From an uncultured delta proteobacterium (lineage in GTDB: Bacteria > Desulfobacterota > Desulfomonilia > Desulfomonilales > Desulfomonilaceae): a stretch of 64,000 nucleotides of DNA. The notes beneath the pieces are model-generated. The model was given only the letters and a program-made list of their open reading frames with translations, was not told the DNA's origin and made no database searches. The stretch lies in contig CAWBKB010000004.1 of NCBI GenBank assembly GCA_963789265.1, positions 263,998-327,997 on the forward strand. Direction: 5' to 3'. Shown one piece after another: positions 19,541 to 28,199 of the stretch. Within the stretch, counting starts at the first letter, position 1. Each line of letters opens with the position of its first letter. A program made the translations under genes and the position numbers.

Positions 19541-20200
19541 ATGAAAAAGTCAGTCTGTGTGCCCATCACACTAGTCCTTTTCTTGTGTTGCGCCGCCTCG
19601 GTTCGGGTTTATGGGGCCGCATTGGACGAAGAGCTCTTGGACGCGGTGAGGGCTGGGGATGCCAATAAAGTCGAGGAACTCCTGTCAAAGGGAGCCAATG
19701 TGAACGTCAAGGACGAGGACGGCTTCACACCGTTAATGGAGGCTTCGGTTGAAGGGAACACGGAGGTCGTCAAACTGCTCCTCGCAAAAGGGGCGGATGT
19801 CAATGCCAAGAATGAAGACGGCGACACGGCTCTTATTGCAGCCGCTTTCGCGGGACACACTCAGCTTATGAAGGTGTTGCTGGACAAAGGGGCGGATGTC
19901 AATGCAACCAACAAAGACGGCGTGTCGGCCCTGTTCGGTGCAGCTTTCGAAGGGCGGCCCGAGGTTGTGAAACTTCTGTTGGACAAGGGAGCGGATGTCA
20001 ATGCTCAGGAGAGTAGGAACGGCGCTACACCCTTGATCGTAGCGGCTTTCGAAGGACATAGAGAGGTGATCGAACAACTTCTTGCTAAAGGCGCGAATGT
20101 CAACGCAAAGGACAATGATGGAAACACCTCTTTGAGTATGGCCACGACCAGAAGCAATACAGCCATTGCGGAATTGTTGAAAGCTCGTGGAGCCAAGTGA
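19541..20200 (+). CDS. Secreted ankyrin-repeat protein
   Basis: Signal peptide MKKSVCVPITLVLFLCCAASVRVYG, then about five or six repeats of the form G.TPL..A...GH.E.VK.LL.KGADVNA. GGAGGA RBS. Confidence 0.85.
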   Translation: MKKSVCVPITLVLFLCCAASVRVYGAALDEELLDAVRAGDANKVEELLSKGANVNVKDEDGFTPLMEASVEGNTEVVKLLLAKGADVNAKNEDGDTALIAAAFAGHTQLMKVLLDKGADVNATNKDGVSALFGAAFEGRPEVVKLLLDKGADVNAQESRNGATPLIVAAFEGHREVIEQLLAKGANVNAKDNDGNTSLSMATTRSNTAIAELLKARGAK

Positions 20201-20413
20201 AGCCGACATAAACGATTATCGTGGAGAGCACAGGTACTCTAAATTCGGTCTAGTATTCTCGTACCATTGCCGTCATTCCCCAGTACGCGGTTCCTCGCAA
20301 CGTGGGACGGTTCTGGTCCCCGGATCGGTGTCCGGGGTGACGGCGTCAGATAAGATTGCAAGCACGCGCAACATCGCCCGAAATAGGACACAGTATTTAG
20401 GAAATCGGGTATA

Positions 20414-20569
20414 AGTACTTTGATTAATAAGTTCGGTCGCGCATTTTGATTGTGGGGATTGCTTTTTCGCGGGCCGCGGTACTTCCTACATGCCATGAGC
20501 AACCTAACAGAGCAATATCCCATTCGGCGCCATGTTCCTAACAGCACCGAACTTGTTGATCAGAGTACT
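20414..20569. repeat. 24-bp inverted repeat pair upstream of the sigma-54 promoter (possible enhancer sites or MITE ends)
   Basis: agtactttgattaataagttcggt (20414-20437) versus accgaacttgttgatcagagtact (20546-20569). The arms are reverse complements with 3 mismatches in 24 by my count. Confidence 0.6.
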
Positions 20570-20694
20570 GGGTCTTTACATCACGTAAATAAATTTGACA
20601 CTCCCCTAGTCTGAACAGGACACCGAGCGTATGCCCGCAAGGGCTTTTGACGCTTCCGGTCGAGTTGGTTCTTATAACCATGCATCCCACAAGT

Positions 20695-20710
20695 TGGCAC
20701 GCGGTTTGCT
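20695..20710 (+). promoter_or_regulatory. Sigma-54 (-24/-12) promoter
   Basis: TTGGCACGCGGTTTGCT matches TGGCACG-N4-TTGCW exactly. It lies about 80 nt upstream of the phoU ATG. Confidence 0.65.
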
Positions 20711-20788
20711 TGACTTGAGCAATGCCGCCTGATTCGAGATGACATGTCGGCCTCCGATACGTCCCGGAAGGGCCGGCGGGAGAACCAG

Positions 20789-21487
20789 ATGAGGAACAAT
20801 GTGCGCCGGAGGCTCCTCAGAAAGATAGAAGAATTGAATAAACGCCTTCTTGCGCTGGGAGCACAAGTGGAAGAGAGCGTCTATCTTGCTGTGAAGGCGA
20901 TCGATCGCAGAGACGCGGAACTGGCCGCGAGGGTCATTGACGGTGACTTTGATATAGACCGCAAAGAAGTTGACCTGGAAGAGGAATGCCTCGAAATTCT
21001 TGCCCTACATCAGCCCGTAGCTATCGACTTGAGACACATTATGGCAGTGCTCAAAATAAACAAAGATCTTGAAAGAGCGGGGGACCTGGCGGTCAACATA
21101 GCGGAAACCGCGATTAATCTCAGCAGCAGGCCGACCATGTGTGTGCCCGAAGACTACTTTGTGATGGCGCAACAGACTCAGAGCATGCTGAAGAAAAGCC
21201 TCGACGCATTCGTCAATCTATCCGCGGACACTGCATACGAAGTGCTGGCGCAGGATGACGAAGTGGATCGTAAGAAACATACTTTGCACAAGCAATTTGA
21301 AGAAAGATTGTTGGAAGAGCCGGATTTGATTCAGCCGTTAATTCATTTATTCCTGGTTTCCAGGCATCTGGAGCGCATAGCGGATTTGGCGACCAATATT
21401 GCGGAAGAGGTCATTTACATGGTGACCGGGGAAATCGTACGACATGGGGTAGACCAAGGTTATTGGGCTCATGGGAGTTTCCGGTGA
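20789..21487 (+). CDS. phoU: Phosphate signalling complex protein PhoU
   Basis: Two PhoU repeats (DGDFDIDRKEVDLEEECLEILALHQPVAIDLR...LERAGDLAVNIAE and ...LERIADLATNIAEEVIY). Start chosen at ATG 20789 after GGGAG; an upstream ATG at 20744 is also possible. Confidence 0.85.
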   Translation: MRNNVRRRLLRKIEELNKRLLALGAQVEESVYLAVKAIDRRDAELAARVIDGDFDIDRKEVDLEEECLEILALHQPVAIDLRHIMAVLKINKDLERAGDLAVNIAETAINLSSRPTMCVPEDYFVMAQQTQSMLKKSLDAFVNLSADTAYEVLAQDDEVDRKKHTLHKQFEERLLEEPDLIQPLIHLFLVSRHLERIADLATNIAEEVIYMVTGEIVRHGVDQGYWAHGSFR

Positions 21488-21633
21488 ATCCGTGTACCTG
21501 CCCTTATATTTGGGCTGCCGGGACTCGGCTCTTGCCCTCCTCTATTCGAGAGGGCGGACCCAAAGGGGATCTCCATCTCAGGGGACTCCTGGCCCAAGCG
21601 TCTTCGTCACCTGTCAAAGGGTCGCGGGTTGAG

Positions 21634-22029
21634 TTAACTTGCCTTGCGCTTGCTTGTGACGAGTTTTCCGGAGGATCTGGTTTTGCGGTACGCAGGTTTT
21701 TTGGGCGCCCTGCACCTGTTTTTACCGACTGCATATTTCCTTGAGGTCTTTTTTTTGTGGCTTGAGAGCCTCTTTGATTTGGTGAGTTTGTGGCGGGTGG
21801 ATTTTACTCTTGAAAACTTTTTCTTGGCGCTAGGCTTGTTTTCCGTTGAGGTTTTTTTATCGTGGGCTCTAAGAAGTTTGACTAGACTATCGGTCGGAGT
21901 GAATTTGTGGCACCTGAGCCTGTGAGAAGGTTTAGTCTTCACTTGAGGTTGTCGGGCGAACGAGCCTTCGGCAATAAACGCGACAAATCCCAAAGCCAAA
22001 AATGTCCCCAATAACAGTATCCTTGGCAT
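21634..22029 (-). CDS. Hypothetical secreted, extremely lysine/arginine-rich protein
   Basis: Signal-like N-terminus MPRILLLGTFLALGFVAFIA, then a low-complexity basic tail. No family recognised, and low-complexity ORFs are often spurious. Confidence 0.3.
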   Translation of the reverse strand: MPRILLLGTFLALGFVAFIAEGSFARQPQVKTKPSHRLRCHKFTPTDSLVKLLRAHDKKTSTENKPSAKKKFSRVKSTRHKLTKSKRLSSHKKKTSRKYAVGKNRCRAPKKPAYRKTRSSGKLVTSKRKAS

Positions 22030-22113
22030 TACACTATGCTCCACAGTTATACGATTTAGCCAACATTACCGAATTTAATATGATTTGTCAATATAAGGAT
22101 AATATTAACATCA

Positions 22114-22584
22114 TCATCCGGTTATCTCGGAAAGTCGAGGCAATGACAAGGCTATGGCCAAGATAATGACCGCAATAACGGAAATGATTACGAGAATGTC
22201 CGGAAGAACCGAAAAAACGGCCTCTCCTCTGTTTATGTGTCTTCTTATCCTTAGAAACCGAACACCCGACATAAGCATAGCCAAACCGGCCAGGAAGAAT
22301 GAGAAGAGACTGAGATAGATGGCGTGAGGAGATGCCTTCAGATGCGACGTTTGGCCGCCGAGTTGGCCGAGTTGTAGGAGGTGTTTCAGGAAAATGTCGA
22401 AGCGTTCAATGACAAAACCAAAAGCGAGAAGCGCAATGCTGGTGCGAGACCATGCCAGAAAAGTGCGTTCATTGGCCATGTGGCTCCGTTGCCACGCGAG
22501 AAATATCCGATCATCGCTCATTACGTCTGGGGGTCTTGGCTGTCTGATACGGATTCCGCTGTCGTCGTCAGGCTCCTTGTTCAT
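22114..22584 (-). CDS. DUF202/YidH-family membrane protein
   Basis: LAWQRSHMANERTFLAWSRTSIALLAFGFVIERF is the DUF202 signature. Three hydrophobic helices. Confidence 0.7.
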   Translation of the reverse strand: MNKEPDDDSGIRIRQPRPPDVMSDDRIFLAWQRSHMANERTFLAWSRTSIALLAFGFVIERFDIFLKHLLQLGQLGGQTSHLKASPHAIYLSLFSFFLAGLAMLMSGVRFLRIRRHINRGEAVFSVLPDILVIISVIAVIILAIALSLPRLSEITG

Positions 22585-22791
22585 TGTACCAATTCCTCCG
22601 GCAAGTGAGGTAGCATTTCATCCCGGGTATCTAAGGTCTTAATTGCAGCGTTTGTCTTTGATGTCAACCGGTATCGTGTCGTCCGGACGGAGAGCCGCTG
22701 GTTGTTTGCCGAATCGCCGTCATGTGATTTTCGGTCATGAAGCAGTGACAAACGCTCCCCTTCCATCACGACAAATCCTTCGAGGAATTGA

Positions 22792-24519
22792 ATGAGTCTG
22801 AAGAATTCCCTTAAAACAACCCTAACCGGTCTTCTAGAAATGCCGGAAGAGGGGACCTCTCCGGACCGGTACAGGATTCTCCGACGAAACATCGTAGCAC
22901 TAATGCTTCTCATAACTATCATTCCACTTCTTTTGATGGCGTTCATCAATTATCATCAGTATCAGTCGGCCTTAGAGACCGAAATTGTGACACCGTTCCG
23001 AGTGCTGGTCAACAAGACCAAACACTCCTTTGAGCTTTTTTGGGCGGGGCGTGTATCAACAGTGAGCTTTATCGCGTCCGCGTATTCCTATGACGATCTA
23101 GCTGATGAAAAAAGCCTGAATCGCATTTTCCGGGTATTGAAACAGGAGTTCAAAGGGTTTGTCGATCTGGGCCTCATTGACGTCAATGGCCTACAGGTAA
23201 GTTACGTAGGTCCATACGAGCTCAAAGCCAAGAATTACGCGGAGCAGGACTGGTTCCATAAAGTGAAAGTGAAAAGGGTTTACGTAAGCGATGTATTCAT
23301 GGGGTATCGGAGGTTCCCTCACATGGTTGTCGCAGTCCAGCACGTCACGGATAGCGGCAAGAGTTGGATTGTGCGCGCCACTATCGACACTGCAGAATTC
23401 GACGATCTGATTACTTCCATAGGCCTGGATCCTCAAAGTGATGCGTTTGTGACCAACCGAAACGGGGTCTTTCAGACGACATCAAAGTTTTACGGCAAGG
23501 TATTGGAGAATTGCCCTCTGCCAGTTCCTCCGCTCAGCTACGAACCCAACATAATCGAACAGAAAGACCCGATGGGGCGGAATGTTCTCCTGGCCTACGC
23601 ATATCTTAATTCGTGGGATTTTGTTCTTATGGTCGTAAAGCCTAGAGCTGAGGTGCTCAAAGTTTGGTACACCCTGAAGGGTGACCTTGTATTGGTCTTT
23701 GTAGGAAGCGTTCTGGTCATTTTCGTCGTTGTTTTCGGGCTTACCAGAGTGCTGGTCGATCGACTGAGAGAAAGTGATGAGAAGAGGGAACTTGCTTTCC
23801 GCAGCATCGAACACAGTCAAAAACTCTCTTCGATAGGAAGACTTGCTGCGGGAGTGGCTCATGAGGTCAACAATCCTCTGGCGGTCATCAACGAAAAAGC
23901 CGGTCTCATGAAAGACCTGGTTGAATACACCGGCAACTTTGCCGATAAAGAAAAGTTTCTCGCCTTGACCGGATCGATCATTCAGTCAGTCGAGCGGTGC
24001 CGAACCATAACACATCGGCTCTTGGGATTCGCCCGCAGGATGGAAGTGGAAATCGAGATCCTGGACATCAACGACGTAGTCAGAGAGGTCACGGGCTTTC
24101 TCGAGAAGGAAGCTTTCCACAGGAATATTAAATTGGGACTGCATCTGGCATCCGATCTACCGCGCATAGCTTCGGACCGAGGGCAACTTCAGCAAGTGTT
24201 TCTGAACCTCGTCAATAACGCCTTTGCGGCGGTAGAAGATGGCGGTACAGTATCCGTGACCACCTGGGAAAAAGACATGGACACAGTGGCGGTCAGTTGT
24301 CAGGATAATGGCCATGGCATGTCGGAGGAGACGCTCAAACACATATTTGAGCCCTTCTTTACCACTAAGAAAGTACATGGGACAGGCTTGGGTCTATCCA
24401 TTACCTATGGAATCGTCAAGCGGCTCGGCGGTGACATCGAGGTCCGAAGCAAGGAAGGAGAAGGAACGAGCTTCGCGGTTTATCTGCCCCAAAAATCAAA
24501 ATCAGAGTCGGGAAAATAG
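22792..24519 (+). CDS. Sensor histidine kinase (two TM helices flanking a Cache-like periplasmic domain, then HisKA and HATPase_c)
   Basis: H-box LAAGVAHEVNNPL, N-box LVNNAFAA, G1 DNGHGM and G2 GTGLGLSI are all present. Confidence 0.85.
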   Translation: MSLKNSLKTTLTGLLEMPEEGTSPDRYRILRRNIVALMLLITIIPLLLMAFINYHQYQSALETEIVTPFRVLVNKTKHSFELFWAGRVSTVSFIASAYSYDDLADEKSLNRIFRVLKQEFKGFVDLGLIDVNGLQVSYVGPYELKAKNYAEQDWFHKVKVKRVYVSDVFMGYRRFPHMVVAVQHVTDSGKSWIVRATIDTAEFDDLITSIGLDPQSDAFVTNRNGVFQTTSKFYGKVLENCPLPVPPLSYEPNIIEQKDPMGRNVLLAYAYLNSWDFVLMVVKPRAEVLKVWYTLKGDLVLVFVGSVLVIFVVVFGLTRVLVDRLRESDEKRELAFRSIEHSQKLSSIGRLAAGVAHEVNNPLAVINEKAGLMKDLVEYTGNFADKEKFLALTGSIIQSVERCRTITHRLLGFARRMEVEIEILDINDVVREVTGFLEKEAFHRNIKLGLHLASDLPRIASDRGQLQQVFLNLVNNAFAAVEDGGTVSVTTWEKDMDTVAVSCQDNGHGMSEETLKHIFEPFFTTKKVHGTGLGLSITYGIVKRLGGDIEVRSKEGEGTSFAVYLPQKSKSESGK

Positions 24520-24520
24520 C

Positions 24521-24703
24521 ATGCAGGAGTGCAAAGTTCTCATAGCGGATGACGAGAAGGGATTTTGTATCTACTCCTGCGGCAAGACTTCGATTGAGGG
24601 GTATTCATGCAGACGACGCCAGCGGGGAGCGACTCCGGCTCAAATAGAACGGGTAGGAAAACACCGTCAAAATGGCATAGTCAAATGGGTCTCAGGGTGC
24701 TAA
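24521..24703 (+). pseudogene. Decayed 5' remnant of a receiver-domain gene
   Basis: MQECKVLIADDEKGF (receiver beta-1 with acidic pair) is followed, in the +1 frame, by LRLRGIHADDASGE, which aligns with LSLRGIQARTANDGDE of the next gene. No phospho-acceptor region follows. Confidence 0.45.
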
Positions 24704-24762
24704 ATTGGCGCGGCCAGTGGCGAGACTTCCCCATTTCGGTAATCGGAAATCAGGAAAACAAT

Positions 24763-25146
24763 ATGGAAGAATTGAAAGTACTTCTGGTTGACGATGAGGT
24801 GGAATTCGTCTCCACTCTTGCAGAGAGATTGAGTTTGCGCGGCATTCAGGCTCGGACGGCCAATGATGGAGATGAAGCATTTCGGCAAATTGTTTTCGAC
24901 CCACCGCACGTCGTAGTCTTGGATGTGGTGATGCCAGGCATGGGAGGGCTTGAGATGTTGCAGCGCATCAAGGCGCGTTACCCTGCGATGCCGGTGATTC
25001 TGGTGACTGGCATAGGAACAACTCGGGACGGGATAGCCGGAATGCGACTGGGCGCCTTTGATTATCTCATGAAACCGTTACAGATCGACGATTTAATTAA
25101 GAGAATCGGAGAGGCCGTGAAGAAAAGCTCAGGGGGTGTCGAGTGA
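24763..25146 (+). CDS. Single-domain response regulator (receiver only)
   Basis: KVLLVDDEVEF, VVVLDVVMPGMGG, VILVTG and DYLMKP motifs. Confidence 0.85.
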   Translation: MEELKVLLVDDEVEFVSTLAERLSLRGIQARTANDGDEAFRQIVFDPPHVVVLDVVMPGMGGLEMLQRIKARYPAMPVILVTGIGTTRDGIAGMRLGAFDYLMKPLQIDDLIKRIGEAVKKSSGGVE

Positions 25147-25811
25147 TGGCCTCAGATCTGGATCAAGCCGTTTTTATGGGAAGAATCACCGCCGGCTTTA
25201 CTCATGACCTTAAGAATGTCCTGGCGATCGTAAAAGAATCTGCCGGTCTTATGCAGGATCTCCTGGCGCTTTCGAGCAACGAGCCCTTTTCGCTCCGAGA
25301 CAAGTTTTCTCAGGCGCTCGCCAGGATCGATCATCAGTCAAGTCGCGGGGCTGATTTGGTCGAGGGTCTCAATAAATTTGCCCATCTCCCGGACCAGACT
25401 ATGGCTAGCCTCGACCTTAACGAAGTCGCAGGCCAGGCAGTGCTACTGTCACAGCGGTTTGCCCGCTTGCAAGGAATTTCTCTGAGTGTCCGATCTCAAG
25501 CCAGGCCGGTGATTATCATCACTGATCCGTTAAAAATCGAGATGCTGCTGTTTGAGTGCATCCACGCGCTCCTCAACGTTGTAGGGGCAGGGGCTACTAT
25601 TTCGCTTCGCCCGTTTCAACGGGAAGAGGCTGAGGTGTCAGTAGAGCTGTCTTCCAGTGGGAACAACGGCACTTGGAAGGCTGGGGCGTTCGATTTGGCT
25701 TCTTTGCCGGAATGGACTGTGCTGCAAAAGAGTGCCCGTAATCTCAAAGGAAGGATAGAGCCCGGCCTGCCTCCTGTCTGGTTCAACCTCACGTTGGCTG
25801 GAGCAGCATGA
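25146..25811 (+). CDS. Degenerate histidine-kinase-like protein: HisKA-type H-box but no G1/G2 ATP-lid motifs (possible phosphotransferase)
   Basis: GRITAGFTHDLKNVLAIVKESAGLMQDLL is paralogous to the H-box region of the 22792 kinase. I see no DxGxG or GxGxG box in the C-terminal half. The start overlaps the upstream stop (TGATG). Confidence 0.6.
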   Translation: MASDLDQAVFMGRITAGFTHDLKNVLAIVKESAGLMQDLLALSSNEPFSLRDKFSQALARIDHQSSRGADLVEGLNKFAHLPDQTMASLDLNEVAGQAVLLSQRFARLQGISLSVRSQARPVIIITDPLKIEMLLFECIHALLNVVGAGATISLRPFQREEAEVSVELSSSGNNGTWKAGAFDLASLPEWTVLQKSARNLKGRIEPGLPPVWFNLTLAGAA

Positions 25812-25930
25812 CTGCGACCGTCGGCATCATGAGACGTGGCGTCTCCAAGGTGCTGGCCTCCCAAAAGGAATGTTTTCCAAACCGGATTTCCACGACAACC
25901 CATAACGGTGCCCCATACATGGAGGGAAAG

Positions 25931-26389
25931 ATGCGGGAATTTAGGGTGCTCATGATTGATGACGAAGAAGACTTCGTCAAAACCCTCGCCGAGCGGATGC
26001 TAATGCGTGACCTTGATTCTGAGGTGGCCCTCAGCGGAGAGGCAGCCCTCCAGGCCGTTGAACAGCAAGCGCCGGATGTGATGGTATTAGACCTTAAAAT
26101 GCCGGGTATCGACGGCATGGAAGTGTTACGAAGGGTGAGAAGAGCGTATCCGCAGGTGCAGGTAGTTATCCTGACCGGGCACGGTTCCGGAAAAGATGAG
26201 AGGGAAGCCCGGCGTTTGGGAGCCTTTGCATACCTACAAAAACCGGTGGACATGGAAAAGCTAACGGTCACCCTGAAGAACGCCTACAAGGAAAAAATGG
26301 AGGATGCGATGATGGCAGCCACTTTTGCAGAGACAGGAGAGCTGCAGAGGGCCCGGCAAATCGTGGATGAGGAGCAGAAAGTCAAGTAG
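25931..26389 (+). CDS. Single-domain response regulator with short C-terminal helical tail
   Basis: RVLMIDDEEDF, VMVLDLKMPGIDG, VILTGH and YLQKP motifs. ATG 25931 follows GGAGGGAAAG. An ATG at 25808 that overlaps the previous stop (ATGA) is an alternative start. Confidence 0.8.
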   Translation: MREFRVLMIDDEEDFVKTLAERMLMRDLDSEVALSGEAALQAVEQQAPDVMVLDLKMPGIDGMEVLRRVRRAYPQVQVVILTGHGSGKDEREARRLGAFAYLQKPVDMEKLTVTLKNAYKEKMEDAMMAATFAETGELQRARQIVDEEQKVK

Positions 26390-26407
26390 ACCTCCGGAGC
26401 TGTGCGG

Positions 26408-26824
26408 ATGAGTGTAGAAGTGTTGCTGGTTGATGATGAACAACAGTTCGTAGAAGTCCTGGCTGAACGTTTGGAAGCTCGAGGATTCAGTGTACGGACG
26501 GCTGTGAGTGGGGATGAGGGGCTTGTCAAGCTTCGGGAGCAAGAAGCGGATGTAGTAATCCTTGATATGCAAATGCCGGGACGAGACGGCGTTGACAGCC
26601 TCCGTGAAATTAAGCGGATCAGCCCTCTGATCGAAGTGATCATGCTCACAGGCCACGCGACGATTGATAGTGGAATTCAGGGGTTAAAGCTGGGGGCGTA
26701 TGACTACCTTATGAAACCCGCGGAAACGGAAGATCTTGTCCCAAAGATCCTGAGAGCGTATGCGCGCAAATCGGAGCAGGAAGAGCGCATTCGCCGGGCA
26801 GAGATAGACAAGACTATCGCCTAA
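26408..26824 (+). CDS. Single-domain response regulator with short C-terminal helical tail
   Basis: VLLVDDEQQF, VVILDMQMPGRDG, VIMLTGH and DYLMKP motifs. Confidence 0.85.
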   Translation: MSVEVLLVDDEQQFVEVLAERLEARGFSVRTAVSGDEGLVKLREQEADVVILDMQMPGRDGVDSLREIKRISPLIEVIMLTGHATIDSGIQGLKLGAYDYLMKPAETEDLVPKILRAYARKSEQEERIRRAEIDKTIA

Positions 26825-27178
26825 GGTGGGTGGTAGATCTCTTTGAATAGCGTGAAGATCCTGGAATCGGGTTCGAAAGATTAGGACGAATGACAATCTA
26901 ACCCGATGGAGGGGAGAATGTTACGCTTCCCCGTAAACTTTAGTACCTGATTATCCTCCATAATTTGTATTCGAATCTGTGGGGCAACCGTTGTATGGCC
27001 TGGCGAGGGCTCAAGCATCTACCGAAAGCCAATGCATGGAAGGGGCATTCTTGTTGGCCTGACGCCTTTGTGGTGTGCGAGGCTTTGCCTCTGTTGATTG
27101 AACGTGGGTCGGCCCGACGAGTTTTCACAGAATTGGCCGCCGGCCGCGATTTTTCAAAGCAACGAACAGGAGTTGGAA

Positions 27179-28138
27179 ATGTCGAAACTTGCTAAACTGA
27201 GTTTAGTTACTTTAGTCTGCTTAGTGCTGACACCGGTTACGGTGGTCTCTGTCATGGCTGCAACAGCTTCCGCTGCACCTGTAGAGGGTGGTGAGAGCTA
27301 CCCGTGGTGGATCTGGCCGCTGCTTCTGCTGGTGGTGACATTCGTTATGGGGGTGGCGGCGGTTCTGGGCGGCGTTGGAGGCGGGGTCTTGTTCGTGCCC
27401 ATTATCAGCGGGTTCTTCCCCTTTCATCTCGATTTCGTCAGAGGGGCCGGTCTGCTCGTCGCTCTTTCGGGTGCCCTCGCAGCCGGACCCGGCTTGCTCA
27501 AATTAAATCTAGCCAGTTTGCGGCTTGCTATGCCTGTAGCATTGATAGCTTCGGCCTTTTCAATAATAGGAGCAATGATCGGTTTGGCCTTGCCCACCAA
27601 AATCGTCCAGATAGCTTTGGGCGCCACAATATTAGGAATCTGCATTCTGATGTTGACGGCAAGAAAATCTGATGTGCCGAACGTTCCTCAAGCGGACCGA
27701 ATCTCTTCTGCCTTGCGAATTTACGGAGTTTATCAGGAGGCTAGCACCGGCCAGATCATAGACTGGAAAATACATCGCACCCCGCAGGGGCTAATACTAT
27801 TCATTGCTATCGGGATAATGGCGGGCATGTTCGGGTTGGGGGCCGGCTGGGCCAATGTTCCCGTGCTGAATCTGCTGATGGGAGCGCCTCTGAAAATCAG
27901 CGTGGGCACAAGTAAATTTCTATTGTCAATAACCGATACCTCTGCGGCCTGGATCTACCTGAACAATGGTTGCGTAATCCCAATGATCGTAGTTCCTTCG
28001 CTAATCGGGATCATGTTGGGGTCTTTCGTAGGGGTCAGGCTCCTGAGAGTTGCAAAGCCGGGGGTCGTGCGGTGGATGGTTATCGGGATACTGGCCTTGG
28101 CAGGCATGAAAGCCCTGACCAAAGGGCTGGGGCTCTAA
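27179..28138 (+). CDS. TauE/SafE-family (DUF81) anion exporter-like membrane protein
   Basis: Polytopic, with GGVGGGVLFVPII and a second-half GLGAGWANVPVLNLLMG repeat characteristic of TauE/SafE. ATG 27179 follows AGGAG. Confidence 0.8.
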   Translation: MSKLAKLSLVTLVCLVLTPVTVVSVMAATASAAPVEGGESYPWWIWPLLLLVVTFVMGVAAVLGGVGGGVLFVPIISGFFPFHLDFVRGAGLLVALSGALAAGPGLLKLNLASLRLAMPVALIASAFSIIGAMIGLALPTKIVQIALGATILGICILMLTARKSDVPNVPQADRISSALRIYGVYQEASTGQIIDWKIHRTPQGLILFIAIGIMAGMFGLGAGWANVPVLNLLMGAPLKISVGTSKFLLSITDTSAAWIYLNNGCVIPMIVVPSLIGIMLGSFVGVRLLRVAKPGVVRWMVIGILALAGMKALTKGLGL

Positions 28139-28199
28139 AGTCAGTCATGACAGACAATACCGACGCGTCGGAATTGTGCGGAATAGGAGAGGTAAGATA

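Noticed and set aside
26861-26905. GGTTCGAA-containing stem-loop after the last receiver gene as a possible tRNA fragment
   Set aside because: It forms only a single long nested hairpin (atcgggtt...aacccgat). There is no cloverleaf, acceptor stem or anticodon arm.
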